Of a DNA stretch of 64,000 nt, positions 23,076-34,801 are shown piece by piece. Within the stretch, counting starts at the first letter, position 1. Every line of letters begins with the position of its first letter. The position numbers and the translations under genes were made by a program. The stretch lies in assembly GCF_018350175.1 (NCBI RefSeq), contig NC_058386.1, forward strand, positions 126,666,001-126,730,000, in the 5' to 3' direction. Source of the stretch: Felis catus (Eukaryota). Under the pieces are notes generated by a model, which did not search any database, was not told where the DNA came from, and saw only the letters and a list, made by a program, of their open reading frames with translations.

Positions 23076-24229
23076 ACGAGGGCCCCGGACGACGAAGCGG
23101 CCTCTCCGGCCCCGGACGACGGCGCGGAGGAAGTGGCTGTCACGCAGGCCCCTGACGATGACGGCGCGGACGGCGCGGCGGTCACGCGGGCTCCCGAGGG
23201 TGGCGCGGAGGACGCGGGGGCAGGCCCACAGGCCTCCGACGGAGGCACGGACGGCCACGACCCCCAGCTTAGCCCCCGAGGTCCCGGTTGCCAGGGCAAC
23301 TGCAGCCGCCACGATGGCGAGGGTGGCCCTGGCAGCAAGGGAGCAGTGGTCGAGGGGGCCTGCGCCCCTCCCCTGGCCGAACGGGCCCCGAGGGCCCTGG
23401 CCCCCGGTGGAGACGCAGCGCCGGCGGCGGCGGCGGTGACCTCCTCAGGACTGCTGGAGTTGTATCCTTTCCGTGGAGCCTGTCTGGGCAGGGGCCGTGG
23501 CGGGGTGGCTGGGGAGCAGGGCGGCAGCCCGGGGAAGGGACGGACGGGGGCGGGGGTGGGCAGCCTGGCGGGCCCCCAGGGTGGGGGAAGCGGCTCAGGG
23601 TGGGCAGAGGTGGCGGGAGGGAGCGCGAGTGTCCCGGGGGTAGAGGCGGGCCTCTGAGTGGTCAGGAGGCTTCAGGCCATGGGAACTCCAGGAGCCCGTT
23701 GTGCCTTAACCGGGTGCCTCCCAGCAGGCTCACTGTGTCTTTCCGGTCGCCCCTGGAGGCAGAGATGGCCCGCAGGGCCCTGACTACACACGTCCAACGC
23801 CACCGAGGGTTGGCTCAGAAGGAGCTTTGCGTGAGGGGCAGCGCCCTGGCCGTGTGAGTCCTCCAACAAGAGTATGCGCGGGACGGGTGGGCGGTGGCGG
23901 CGGGTGCCGTGGTCGCATCTCTGCCTTCCAGTGCCGTCGTGGAGGCCCCGACGCACGCTGTTAGGTGGAAGGCGGGGGGGGGGGGGGGGGGGGGGGGGGG
24001 GTTGTGTGGGGGAAGGGGCTGGTGCCCTGCACCTCCACAGCAGGTCTCCCCTTTAACCGGATTTCCCTCTTCCCTCACTTCTAGGAGATGGACTACTGAA
24101 GACCCCATCTGCTTCCGAGTTTCCGTCAACTCCTTCTTGGACCGGCTTCCCCTGGTGATACGAAACATTCGCGCCTTGGGGTCCCGGCCTCCGCGGCGCC
24201 TAGGTCCGGGAAAGGGGGCCGAGGCCTAA
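23076..24229 (+). CDS. LAGE3/CTAG-family copy 4 with an open spliced frame and no in-frame ATG in exon 1 (candidate ACG start 23076); exons ~23076-23461, 23725-23853, 24085-24229; may be a pseudogene
   Basis: ...APGGDAAP...SGLLE-F / RLTVSFRSPLEAEMARRALTTHVQRHRGLAQKELCVRGSALA-V / RWTTEDPICFRVSVNSFLDRLPLVIRNIRALG...EA*. Exon 2 has the conserved 129-nt length and both introns are phase 2. Confidence 0.68.
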
Positions 24230-25509
24230 CCTGGTAGCCCTCACTGGGCAAGGCACGGGGCGTTGACACTTGGCGTCCTCGCCACTTTACTATCGGGGGT
24301 CTAACGTTCTGCAGGTCCGGGCCTCGGTGGCTCTTGGCCCACTTCAGTTCCTTCCCTGCGCCCGGAGGGACGGGCGCTTACGTGTTTGTCACTGCACAAC
24401 ATGAAACTGAGCTACTCTTTTGTGTCCGAGTTTCTTCTCAGTTCCTGCGCCTCCACATTTTCTTACCTTTGTTCTGGTGTTGGAAGGGAGGTTCTGGGAA
24501 TCGTAGTCCAGCAGCCCAAGCTTATCGAAGACGACTCAGGGAGAGGAAAATCAGGTCCTATATTCAGCGGTAAATACTGCTGACGTTTTGGAATACGTTC
24601 CTAGTTGTATTTACCCGTTGAATGGATAGCAACGGATAATGTATCCATTTTCCAGTTTAGCGTTAACTTTTCTCCGGATCCTTTTTGTTTCGTTTTGTTT
24701 TGTTTTTGTTTTTCCCCGTTGAACGTACTAGCTTTCCCACTCCCTAAAAACCCTTCAAAAACTGTTATCCAGGAGACACACAAATGTATTATTACATAAT
24801 GTTGAGCAGTCGGGTCGTTCTCAGCTTTGCCCCTATTATGGGTCGTGTGAGTCAATGGGATTCTTGAACAGAAGTCTTTGCGCGAACAGTTACTTCCTTC
24901 AGATCCTTTCCAAGAGGTAGAATTCCCGCGTTCTATAGCTTCTCGGCACACAAGTGCTCTCCAGAAAAGGCGCCCCGCCGCCAGAAGTCTGGTCTCCCCG
25001 CATCACCAACCAGTAGGGTGGCTTCCTACCGAAGTAGAAGACTCCTTTTGTACCAGGGAAATAAGCACGGAAACACTAGAATAGGAATTTTGGGGCTTAC
25101 TGGCCTTGTTTCCGATGAGCAAGGGGGTGGTGCCACAAGTGGCTACGGGTTTGGGGGCGGGGTGGGGGGTGGTTAGCTCCCTCTGAGTAGCTTGTGTCTT
25201 GGAACCTCGCTAAACAGGAGTGCTAGCCTCACGAGGGTTCCCTCGGAGTTTCTACATGCATGGTCGTGATCTCTGCAAGCAAACACGGTTTTGGTTCCTT
25301 CCTTTCCGGCCTTGCCGGGGCTACGGGGGCGGGGGGAGGGAACAGGCTGACACTGGACAGATGGGAAGCAAGAGCAGGAAGGCACATGGCAGAGAACCAA
25401 ATCCTGGATCCAGCCACGCCTGAAGACAGAACTATCCGCCCCCCGCCCCCGCCACGATCGTTCAGTTACACACATCCAGAAACTCTCCCTTTGGTTAAGC
25501 CAACATGAA

Positions 25510-25521
25510 TCCTTTTTTTCT

Positions 25522-25561
<40 letters not shown>

Positions 25562-25790
25562 TCCCTTTCTCTTTTGTTTGAATGCTTTTATTTAGTGTTT
25601 GAGAGCAAGACAGAGACAGCGTGAGCGGGGAAGGGGCAGAGAGACAGAGAGGGAGACACAGAATCTGAGGCAGACTGCAGGCTCTGAGCTGTCGGCACAG
25701 AGCTCGACGCAGGGCTCAAACCCACGAACTGTGAGATCGTGACCTGAGCCGAAGTCAGACCCTCAACCGACTGAGCCACCCAGGCACCCC
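25510..25790 (-). mobile_element. CanSINE with a (CTTT)n tail
   Basis: Reverse consensus. Confidence 0.9.
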
Positions 25791-28429
25791 CGTCGTGAAT
25801 ACTTTTTTTTGCTTTTCTTTTTGTCTGTCTTCACTTGTAATAGAAAAGTCTTGTCCTTTATTGACTCGAGGAACCGTAGGTTTTCTTGTCACTTCACCTG
25901 AGAACGTGGCTCTCCCTTCTTTTAACGGAGAAACTGGGCTCTTTAAGTTTACAAAGGCATTGGCTCCTAGCTGGTAGGCCTTCAAGCCGTATGGTGGTAG
26001 AGTCTTCTGTGGGTAAGAGTCCAGAGAGGGAGGGGAGGGACTGCAAGGGGCAGCTGGAGGAAAGGGACAAAGAGAAGGGGCACTGGGACCCACCCTTTCC
26101 GGATAGGGCTCCCAAGACTGGCCCGGAATTGTGGGGCCAGATCGTCAAGAGACCGGAACTTAGTGTGAGCCTCCCTCCCTCTCCCAGCAAAGCCCAGAGT
26201 TAGGCCACCGCCCTGGCCCCACAGACGGACTGCTGAAGGCGCCGGGCGGCCTTAACACGTCAGTCAGGTCACAAAACAAGTCGATTCCAACGCGTCCCCG
26301 GGCTCCCCTCCCAGAGACGAGCCAGAGCCCTGCCCCGCGGCCCGCCGCGTCAGATGTGATCCGGCCCGCATCTTCCACGGCCTCCTTCCCTCCCCTCTCC
26401 ACCTTGCTCACTCTCGGATCCAGCCACACTGGCCTCCTCCCTTCTCTGAAACACACCAGGCCCAGGCCTGCCTCAGGACCCTTGCACTGCCTCTTCCCTG
26501 CCTGGACCTCTCGTCCCCCGGGGTTCCATCTGGCCCACTCAAATAGCATTCCTGGCCGCTCTCCTTAAGGTTGCGTCCCACGCTCTCCCCACCTGCATTA
26601 CTTTCACAGGTGTCGGGGGGTAAGAAGCAGGTGGGCCCGTCAGCATGGAGGTGCACGTGCGGCAGTAAAGCGTCGTGGGACACGAAGGAGCTTGGGTGCT
26701 GTCGATGACCCTAGGGAGTCTTGAACGGAGCGGGACGGGATGCAGCTTACGTCTTATCAGGTTCCCGGTGCCTGCTGCGCTGGGAAGGGGACGAGGGCAG
26801 GCAGGACAGAAGTGGGGAGACTGGCACGCAGGCGAGAGACCCCCAGGCTGCGGCCAGTGGAGGTGGGGAGAAGGGAACGGGTTCCGACCGGATCTTGACG
26901 GGAGAGCCACCGGGGTTTGCTGGCACGGATCGGACGTGGCCCTGGACCTCCTCAGATGCGCGGGACCCGTGCAACGGGTCACCCTTCCTCCCACAAAGGG
27001 AGCCCAGCTCCTCCAGAGTCCAACAGCCTCCCCACCTGCCTCCCTGCTCGCCGACCACCCACCTGCCACACACTGCCACCGTTTTCCCGACGTTTAATTC
27101 AGAAACAAGGTTCCAGGAACAACGACAAAGAAGCTCATGCCAAAACAGAGGGGACAGCTGGGTTTCCGGGACCACGCGCCGGGGCCAGATTCCTCGGAGG
27201 GGGAAGAGGGAACAGAGGGGTAAGGCACTGCCGCCTCGGCCACTCGGGGCGGGCGCAGGACAGGGCAGCGGGGGTGAGGGGTCCGGGCTGAGCGGGCACC
27301 ACGCCGAGGAAGCTGGGCGCTCGGGCCTGGAGAAGGAGACTTCCAGAGCCCCCAGGCCCACGTGGGGCCCTGGCACGAACCCGCTCATAGCTCCCCAGGT
27401 GCTGGGGACAGGGCGCCCGAGAAAGGTACGGTCCGACCCCCGAGAAGTCCGGAGGGGATGCCGGGACCCAGCCGCGGGGAGACCCCTGGGCGCAGCCACA
27501 GTCTGGGGACGGCTTCGCCGCATCACCCTGGGCGCCCCCCTCCTCGCCATCAAGTGCTGCTGGTGTCGGGGGCCCCTGCTCGGACCCGGCGGGGCCGGCC
27601 ACGGCCAGGGGCAGGTGCCAGAGGCGAGGCCGAGGCTGACCGTGCCACCAGGGAGCCAGGACGACCCAAGGACAGAAGGGGCGTGAGGTTGTCCACATCC
27701 CAGAGAAGGGGCACGTGGTGACAGACGGACACGGTGAGGTGCAGATAAATTAAATAAATAGGTGGTTGGGGGTATAAACAGGAAGAGGGGGCAGGGGCTG
27801 GCACGACCCGGGGGCACGAGGGTGGGAGGGCGGGGATATTGCTGCTGCCAGGTCAGGACCCTTGGTCCCGTCACCATCGCCCCCACGCAGGGCCCAAAGA
27901 AAGGCACTAATGAAGGGGGCCCGGGTGTGCGCAGGGCACGAGAGTCCGGTGACCACCCCATCCCCGCCCCCGTGCCACCCGATCCAGGGCTCGGCCCCGA
28001 GGTCACCTCAGGCCTGGGACGCCCCCTCCTCACCGGTTCCGCCACCCTTAGCTGTTGCCGGACAAGAGGCTGATGGTCTGTTCCAGGTTTTGCCCCAACT
28101 TAGGCTTCCGACAGGAGGCGTCTCGGTCCAGAGCGGTGAGGACCTGGGGGAGGAGGGCCCCCCCGGAGCCGGGCTGGCGAGGAGGGGCCGCTCCCTCCCT
28201 TGCCAAGCCGTCCTCCCCTGCCTGAGCTCTTTTGTCCCTCCTGCGTCCACGCACCCCACTCTCTGCGGGTCCCCGGCACGTGGGAAGGGCTGCAGCCCCC
28301 CACCTCTGCACACGCTGCGACTTGGCCACCCCGAAGCCACCGCCTTCTCTGCTCGGCGGCCACAGTGCGGCCCTTCCCGGGAGTGGTTTGGACCCGCTGT
28401 CCCCAAACGCCCCGTCCCCTCCTGGCCCA

Positions 28430-29970
28430 CACCCCATCTCCCCATCCCCTCCTGAACCCCAAACCCGCACCCAATTCCCCATCCTCTCCTGATCCCGAAT
28501 CTGGACCCAACCTCCAGGTCCCCTCCTGACCCCCACCCCGCACCCAATTCCCCATCCTCTCCTGATCCGGAATCTGGACCCAACCTCCAGGTCCCCCCCT
28601 GACCCCACCCCACACCCAATGTCGCCATCCCCTCCGGACCCCCATCTGCACCCCGCACCCGATCACCTTGTCCCATCCTGACCCCCACCCGACACCCGAA
28701 TTTCCCAGCCCCTCCTGACCCCACCTTGCACCCAACATCCACGTCCCCTGCTGACCCCCACCCCGCACCCCAAATCCCCGTCCACTCCCGATCCGGAATC
28801 GGCACCCAACCTCCAGATCCCACCTGACCCCCAACCTCCACCCAGTCTCGCCATCCCCTCCTGACTCCCACTGACACCCCGCACCCGATCACCTGGTCCC
28901 TTCCTTACCCCCACCCGACACCCGAATTTCCCGGTCCGTCCTGACCCCACCCCGCACCCAAGCCCCATCCCCTCCTGAACCCCAACCCCACACCTGATCT
29001 CCCCATCTGCTACTGACCTGGAATCTGCACCCAACCTCTGCGTCCCCTCCTGACCCCCACTCCTGCCAAGCACCCGATCACTTCGTTCTCTCTTGTCCCC
29101 CACCGCCACCCTGCACCTGATTTCCCCGTCCCCTCCTGACTCTTACCCTGAACCCGATCTCCCTCTCACCCCCTGACCCCCCCGCCACACCCCACCTCCC
29201 CATCCAATCCTGATTCCCACCCCTACCTGGCACCCGATCTCCATGACTCCTCCTCACACCCACCCCTCCACCCACCTTGCTGGACACTCGTGACTCCCAC
29301 TCCACACCTGATATTCCTGTGTCCTCCTGACCCCCACCCTACCCCCCATCCAACCTCCGCCATCCTCTTGACCCCCACTGCCCACTCAACCTCCATGCCC
29401 CACCTGGCCCCCACCCCACACCCCAAATCCCCATCCACTCCCGATCCGGAATCTGCACCCAACCTCCAGTTCCCACCTGACCCCCACTCTGCACCCAACC
29501 TCCCATCCCCTCCTGACCCTCATCCCATACCCGACCTCCCTGTCCCGTCCTGACCCCTACTCCTCCCCTGACCTCCTCATCCACTCCTGACCCCCAACCC
29601 TACCGAGCACCTGATCTCCCTGACTCCTCCTGACCCCTACCCCCCACCCAACTTCCTGGTCCCCTCCCGACTGCCACCCCGCACCTGACATTCCTGTGTC
29701 CTCCTGACACACACCCCCACCCCGCACCCGAGTTCCTTATCCCCTCCAGACCTCCAGCCCGCACCCCTTGCCAAATCTTCCCGTCTCCTCCTGACCCCCA
29801 CCCTGCACCCCGTACCCCATCTCCTCATCGCCTCCTGACTCCACCTCGCACCTGGTCTCCCCATCCCCTCCGGAACCACACCTCACATCCCATCTCCCTG
29901 CCCCCTCCCAACTCCCACCCTGCACCTGACTTCCTCGACCCCTCCTGACCCTCACCCCACACCCGACCCT
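28430..29970. repeat. Degenerate C-rich minisatellite, unit ~35-38 bp (CCCCTCCTGACCCCCACCCCGCACCC...)
   Basis: A recurring cctcctgacccc/gcaccc core, with a near-perfect ~74-bp tandem copy at ~28466-28612. Confidence 0.9.
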
Positions 29971-30104
29971 GTCTTTGCAGGTCTCCAGGATCTCGCTGTC
30001 AAACACAGTGAGCATTCTAGGGCCTCATCGCTCTTGACCATCAGCAGCACCCCAGGGAGAGGATCATTCTCTCTTCCCTCCTGACCACCTCCTTCCTGCC
30101 CCCA

Positions 30105-30135
<31 letters not shown>

Positions 30136-30170
30136 GGTGTGTGTGTGGGTGGGTGGGTAGGTGTGTGTGC
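30105..30170 (+). repeat. (GT)n/(GGGT)n microsatellite
   Basis: Visible directly. Confidence 0.9.
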
Positions 30171-30649
30171 GGGCACGCACGTCTGACTCCTGTTCCAGGA
30201 GGCCACCCTGCAGTCTTGGGGTCCCTCCCTCCCCTCCTCAGTCTCTGCTGCCGGCTCCCTCTCTGCTCTGCCACCTCGCAGTGTCCCAGGACCCCAGGGC
30301 TCAGTGCGTGGGCCACTTGTCCCCCTATACCGGCTCTCGGCTGCCCATGGCGAGCTCGTGCAGGCTCGGGGCTCTCTGGGCCGTGTCCTGGGTCCCAGAT
30401 TTGTATCTTCATCGCAGACATTGCCCACACTGCAGACTCCTGTATCCAGCTGCCAAGTGGACACACAAATCTACACACGTGGATCTCCCCATGTGCATTC
30501 CATTGTACCTCAGCTCCAAGCCTCCCCCTCCAAAAAGGTCCGTGAGCTTCTCCAAAGTGTTTCTCATTTTCTAAGGGAGGTCTGGGTGTTTCTGAGAAAG
30601 TCTGTGTCTCTGCCTCCTGATCCTCATAACACTTTTCCACCCAGTCTAA

Positions 30650-31330
30650 CCTCGTTTTGGTTTCTTGACCTCATTGTTCAAGTTGCTTAGGTGAAAAACC
30701 CAGGAATCCTTCTTGACTCCTCTTCCTCTCTGGCTCCCATCGAGTCCCTCAGCAGATTGTTTCTATCCAAATTGTTTAGAATATGATCACATGTCACCCC
30801 TTCTACTGATGCCACCCTGCTCCAAGCGATTAGCTTTTTGTGTCTCTGAGTGTAATGACCTGCCCCCTGCTCCCCCTGATTATCGTCTTATCCCTCTTAT
30901 ATACTCTATTATCAACATCTCTGAGTTAATCTACAGTGATCCTTGCTTTCAAAGTTTAAGTCCGATTGCATGCCTGACCTGCTCAATTCCCTTCACTGGC
31001 TCCATTCTCCCCAGGAACATAAACCAAAAGTCTTACCATTGGCCAAAAAGCTTCTTGGCTGTGTCTTCAACATCCCAGGTTTCCTGAATTAGGGCTCTGC
31101 TCTCCCTGCCTGAATACTCTGCCACACGCAGCTCACGGCTTAGTCCCTCATCTCCAAGTCTTCTCAAATCTCACATTCTCACCCTACTTACTCATGCAGC
31201 TGGCCCCCACCGACCCACACACAAGTAGCTGCTTTCACACTGCACTTTTTCTTTTCCATACCATTCACTACCTTCTAAGGTAGACTATAATATACAAGTT
31301 TATTGTTATCATTTCCTGTCTCACCTCTCT
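30650..31330 (+). mobile_element. Probable L2 3' fragment
   Basis: caggaatccttcttgactcctcttcctctc...catcgagtccctcagcagattg resembles the L2 consensus. Confidence 0.5.
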
Positions 31331-31334
31331 TGGG

Positions 31335-31850
31335 TTAGTGGTTTAGCAACTACTGTTACATAACAACCACATGCAAACTTAGTGACAAACCAACAACAAT
31401 TTACTCTGCACACACATCTCCTATCTGGGCAGTCACTGGGGGTCAGGCTCATGTGTACCCCGTGGGACAGCGGCGGTGGTTCCTAAATTTAGGGCTACAG
31501 CAATCTGCTTCCAGGAGGCCTCAGTCACACACATTCTGAGGGCCAAAGGCCTTGGTTGTTTTCCATGTGGTGTGTCTCCTCACAGCACGATGGGCTGGGT
31601 TCCAAGGGTGCACGTCCCCAGAGAGCACCAAGCAGAAGCTCAATCATGTCGTATGGCCCAGCCTCAGACATCATGGCGCCTCCTCTGCTGTGCTCTATTT
31701 GCCAAGGTGGTTAGCCATTGCCCACTCCTCCCCAGCTTCTAGGGGTGGGGAGCGTCGACTCCATCTCTTAATGTGGAATGCCTAGGTTCTGGAGGAGCAA
31801 GTGGGTGGGAGGTGTCTCTGCAAGTGTGTGACCACGTTTCAGAATTCATT
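31335..31850. mobile_element. Probable MaLR (MLT1-type) LTR
   Basis: gttacataacaaccacatgcaaacttagtgac...aacaacaattt is a typical MLT1 terminus. Confidence 0.5.
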
Positions 31851-32350
31851 GTACTCCAACTGGGTTCGCCAAAGCCTGAGACCAGGGTAGCTGGGAAAGT
31901 GGCATGGGAAGGAGAAGAATCCAGAGAGGGGGTGATCACAGAGGGGGAAAGTTCTGCCAGATCCCTCTGGGGAACTCTGGAGTGTAATTTCGACTTAGAC
32001 TTTGTCCCCACATGAGGTAAGGAGCTGGCAACTTGGAATGCTGTCCTTTGCACGGGGGTGAGCGGGGAGAGTCCGTTCTGAGGTGTGGCCAGCTCTCTGC
32101 TCTTGCACGTGAACTGGCCCCAGTAACTGCCTGCAGGGTTTCCTCTGAGACGGGGGCCCGGGTGGCAGCTGTTGGCAGCAGAAGTGCATCGTGGCCAGAG
32201 AGGGGCACCCCAGAAAGGGAAGGGGTCCTGGAGGATTGAGGCAGGGCACCCACAGAGCCCACCACATCCTGCCAGAACGTGAGCCCCTGAGGGAGCGGGA
32301 CCTCCGTTTTGCTGCCACGTATCAGAAGCGCCTACAAGAGCACCTGTTCC

Positions 32351-33560
32351 GGGGCGCCTGGGTGGCTCCGTTGATTGAGCATCCGGCTTCAGCTCAGGTC
32401 ATGATCTCACAGTGTGTGTGTTCCAGCCCTGCGTCGGGCTCTGTGCTGACGGCTCAGAGCCTGGAGCCTGCTTCAGATTCTGTGTCTCCCTCTCTGCTCC
32501 TCCCCCGCTCATGCTCTGTCTCTCTCCTTCCTTCAAAACTAAATAAAAACATTAAAAAAAATTAAATCTAAGAGCACCTGTTCTGTAGCCCGTGGCCACA
32601 TGTGTTCTGAATTAAATGGAATTTTCAACAGAAAGAAGTATTTCCTTCGCTTGTGTCTTGCCTTGCTTCTGAAGGTCTTCCACACCCAAGATGTGGTTTT
32701 CCTGTAGTTGCTTCCAGTATGTTTTACGATTGTGTTTCTTACATTAACTTTTTTTTTTAATTTTTTTAACGTTTATTTATTTTTGAGACAGAGAGAGACA
32801 GAGCATGAATGGGGGAGGGTCAGAGAGAGGGAGACACAGAATCCGAAACAGGCTCCAGGCTCCGAGCTGTCAGCACAGAGCCCGACGCGGGGCCCGAACT
32901 CACGGACTGCGAGATCATGACCTGAGCCGAAGTCGGCCGCTTAACCGACTGAGCCACCCAGGCGCCCCTTACATTAACTTTTTAATTCTCTTGGAGTTTC
33001 TGTATTTTCCTTCATGCTAACTGGCTTGTTGAGGTATAATTTACATGCCGTAAAAGGTACAGATATTACATTCACAGAGCGGTAAGTTTTTACATTATGT
33101 ATACATCCATAGAACCACCACCTGAATTAAGATACAGAACATTTCCATCATTCCAGAAAGTTCTCTTCTGCCCCTTTTCAAGCAATAATAACCTCCCCAA
33201 TAGAGGTAGCCACTATTCCGACTTCTATCACCATAGAACAGGAAAATGAATTAAGTCTCAGATTGAAGAACAAAAAATTGAAATAATTTAGGATTTCAAG
33301 ATAGACGTAAAATAATTAGGTTGTTCTTTTACATGAAGGCAAACAAACTCTCGTTGAAATGAAACTCTTGGGGGATCACCTGGGTGGCTCAGTCGGTTGA
33401 GCATTCGACTCTTGGTATCAGCTCAGGTCATGATCTCACGGTTTGTGAGTTCAAGCCCCGTGTCAGGCTCTGCGCTGCCAGTGCAGAGCCTGCTTGTGAT
33501 CCTTTGTCTCCCTCTCTCTCTACCTCTCAAAAAGAAATAAAACATTTAAAAAAAAAACAC
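32351..33560. mobile_element. Three CanSINEs (32351-32565 +, 32750-32968 -, 33371-33560 +)
   Basis: Consensus sequence; TSDs aagagcacctgttc and cttacattaactttt. Confidence 0.9.
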
Positions 33561-34795
33561 TTTAAAATAGAGGTTTTGACTATGAAACAAAGACCAAAGC
33601 AACAGTGATGGATAGATGTATAATGGATCTGACACAGCAGAGGGAACACCTCAAATCCACTGTTCTGCCTTTCCCATTGAGGTCTGCCTAGAATTGGTTT
33701 GTATATGATGGCAAAGTGGGGTCAGGGTTGATTATTGCCCACGTGGGTCTCCATCCAATGACCTGGAACCCTTGATCGGAAAGGCCTCATGATCCTGAGA
33801 CTCCGTAGCATCCCTCGGGCATAAGCAAAGTGCCATGTATGTGGTGGGGGAGCCCCGCATCTCAGCTCTGCTCTCTCCCATTGGGCCCCCTGGCCCAGCC
33901 TGCACCCAAGCCACACTCCCTCAGTGGCAAAAAAGAAAAGATTATTTTACAAAACAAATGGTATAATCAAAGTAGGAAAATGATAACAACAAATGCAACT
34001 GAAGATCAAGAAAGATAAAGGAGGATTCGAAAGCTGGAAGCTTGGGGAGGGGTCTGGTACAGGGGCCAGAGCATAAGGAGCCTAGAGTTAAAGCACCCCT
34101 TCGGTTTCTCGGCCCCTGCCTCCCAGGTCAGCCCTGTGGGCCACCCGTTCTCTGGGTCAGGGGCTCAGGCTGGAGAGGGTGTTGGGAAGAAGCATTCATG
34201 ACGTCGGCCTCACACTTCTCAGGGGCAAGGAATTTCATGTGGCTTCTTCTCCCCTCTCTGCCCTTGGCCTGCTTCCCTGCAGCTGAGCCCCACTGCTCTG
34301 GTGGTCCCCACCTTACTTCATGGCTTAAAGATGCCTCAGAGCCAGTGCCCAGGCTGGCGGGGAGCCTCAGCCCCGGGGAAAGAGAGGGTGGGGGTGCAAG
34401 AGACCTCTGCTGGGGAGCAGCGTGCTAGGGGCTGTTGCTTTATAAGGTCAATGATGATGGAGATCATGTTATGCGTGTTATCAAGGATGGTCACGGATTT
34501 TGCCGCTAATGTTGGAAGCTGGTTTCTGATGAAAAGAGACGTCAAGATGTGCTTTGGCTGAGCAGGAGTTCTCATTACAACCACCTGTGCTCAAGTGTTT
34601 GTCACAAAATAACCCAGATGTAGGTGATTCCCTGTGAGCTAGGTCAAGTTTGTTGTAGTTGAAAATGGCAATGGAGGCTATCTTCACATACTTCACATAC
34701 TTCGCAGCTTTCGAAATGTGTTCTGCATTTATATAGGATGTCATCATTTTCAATAAGTAAGAGAGTACTTGAGTGTGGTTCTTCCTTATAAGACT

Positions 34796-34801
34796 TTTAT
34801 T
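34796..34801 (-). terminator. GAB3: Candidate GAB3 polyadenylation signal (AATAAA), implying a ~3.1 kb 3' UTR
   Basis: TTTATT on the + strand, at the end of a SINE-free stretch downstream of the GAB3 stop. Confidence 0.55.

Noticed and set aside
27390-27440. Short similarity to 690-740 suggesting a fifth repeat unit
   Set aside because: Only ~40 bp at moderate identity in GC-rich DNA, and no Pcc1 exons or U12 motifs follow.
26675-28045. Long ORFs of 321 aa (+) and 432 aa (-)
   Set aside because: They are low-complexity Pro/Gly/Arg/Ala translations open in several frames at once, as expected in very GC-rich DNA, with no recognisable domain.
28008-30015. Gly/Trp/Val-rich repetitive minus-strand ORFs
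   Set aside because: These are translations of the minisatellite.
34446-34533. ATGATGA...CTGA resembling a C/D-box snoRNA
   Set aside because: Only a 3-bp terminal stem, no known + strand host intron and no guide sequence that I recognise. An Infernal/Rfam search would settle it.
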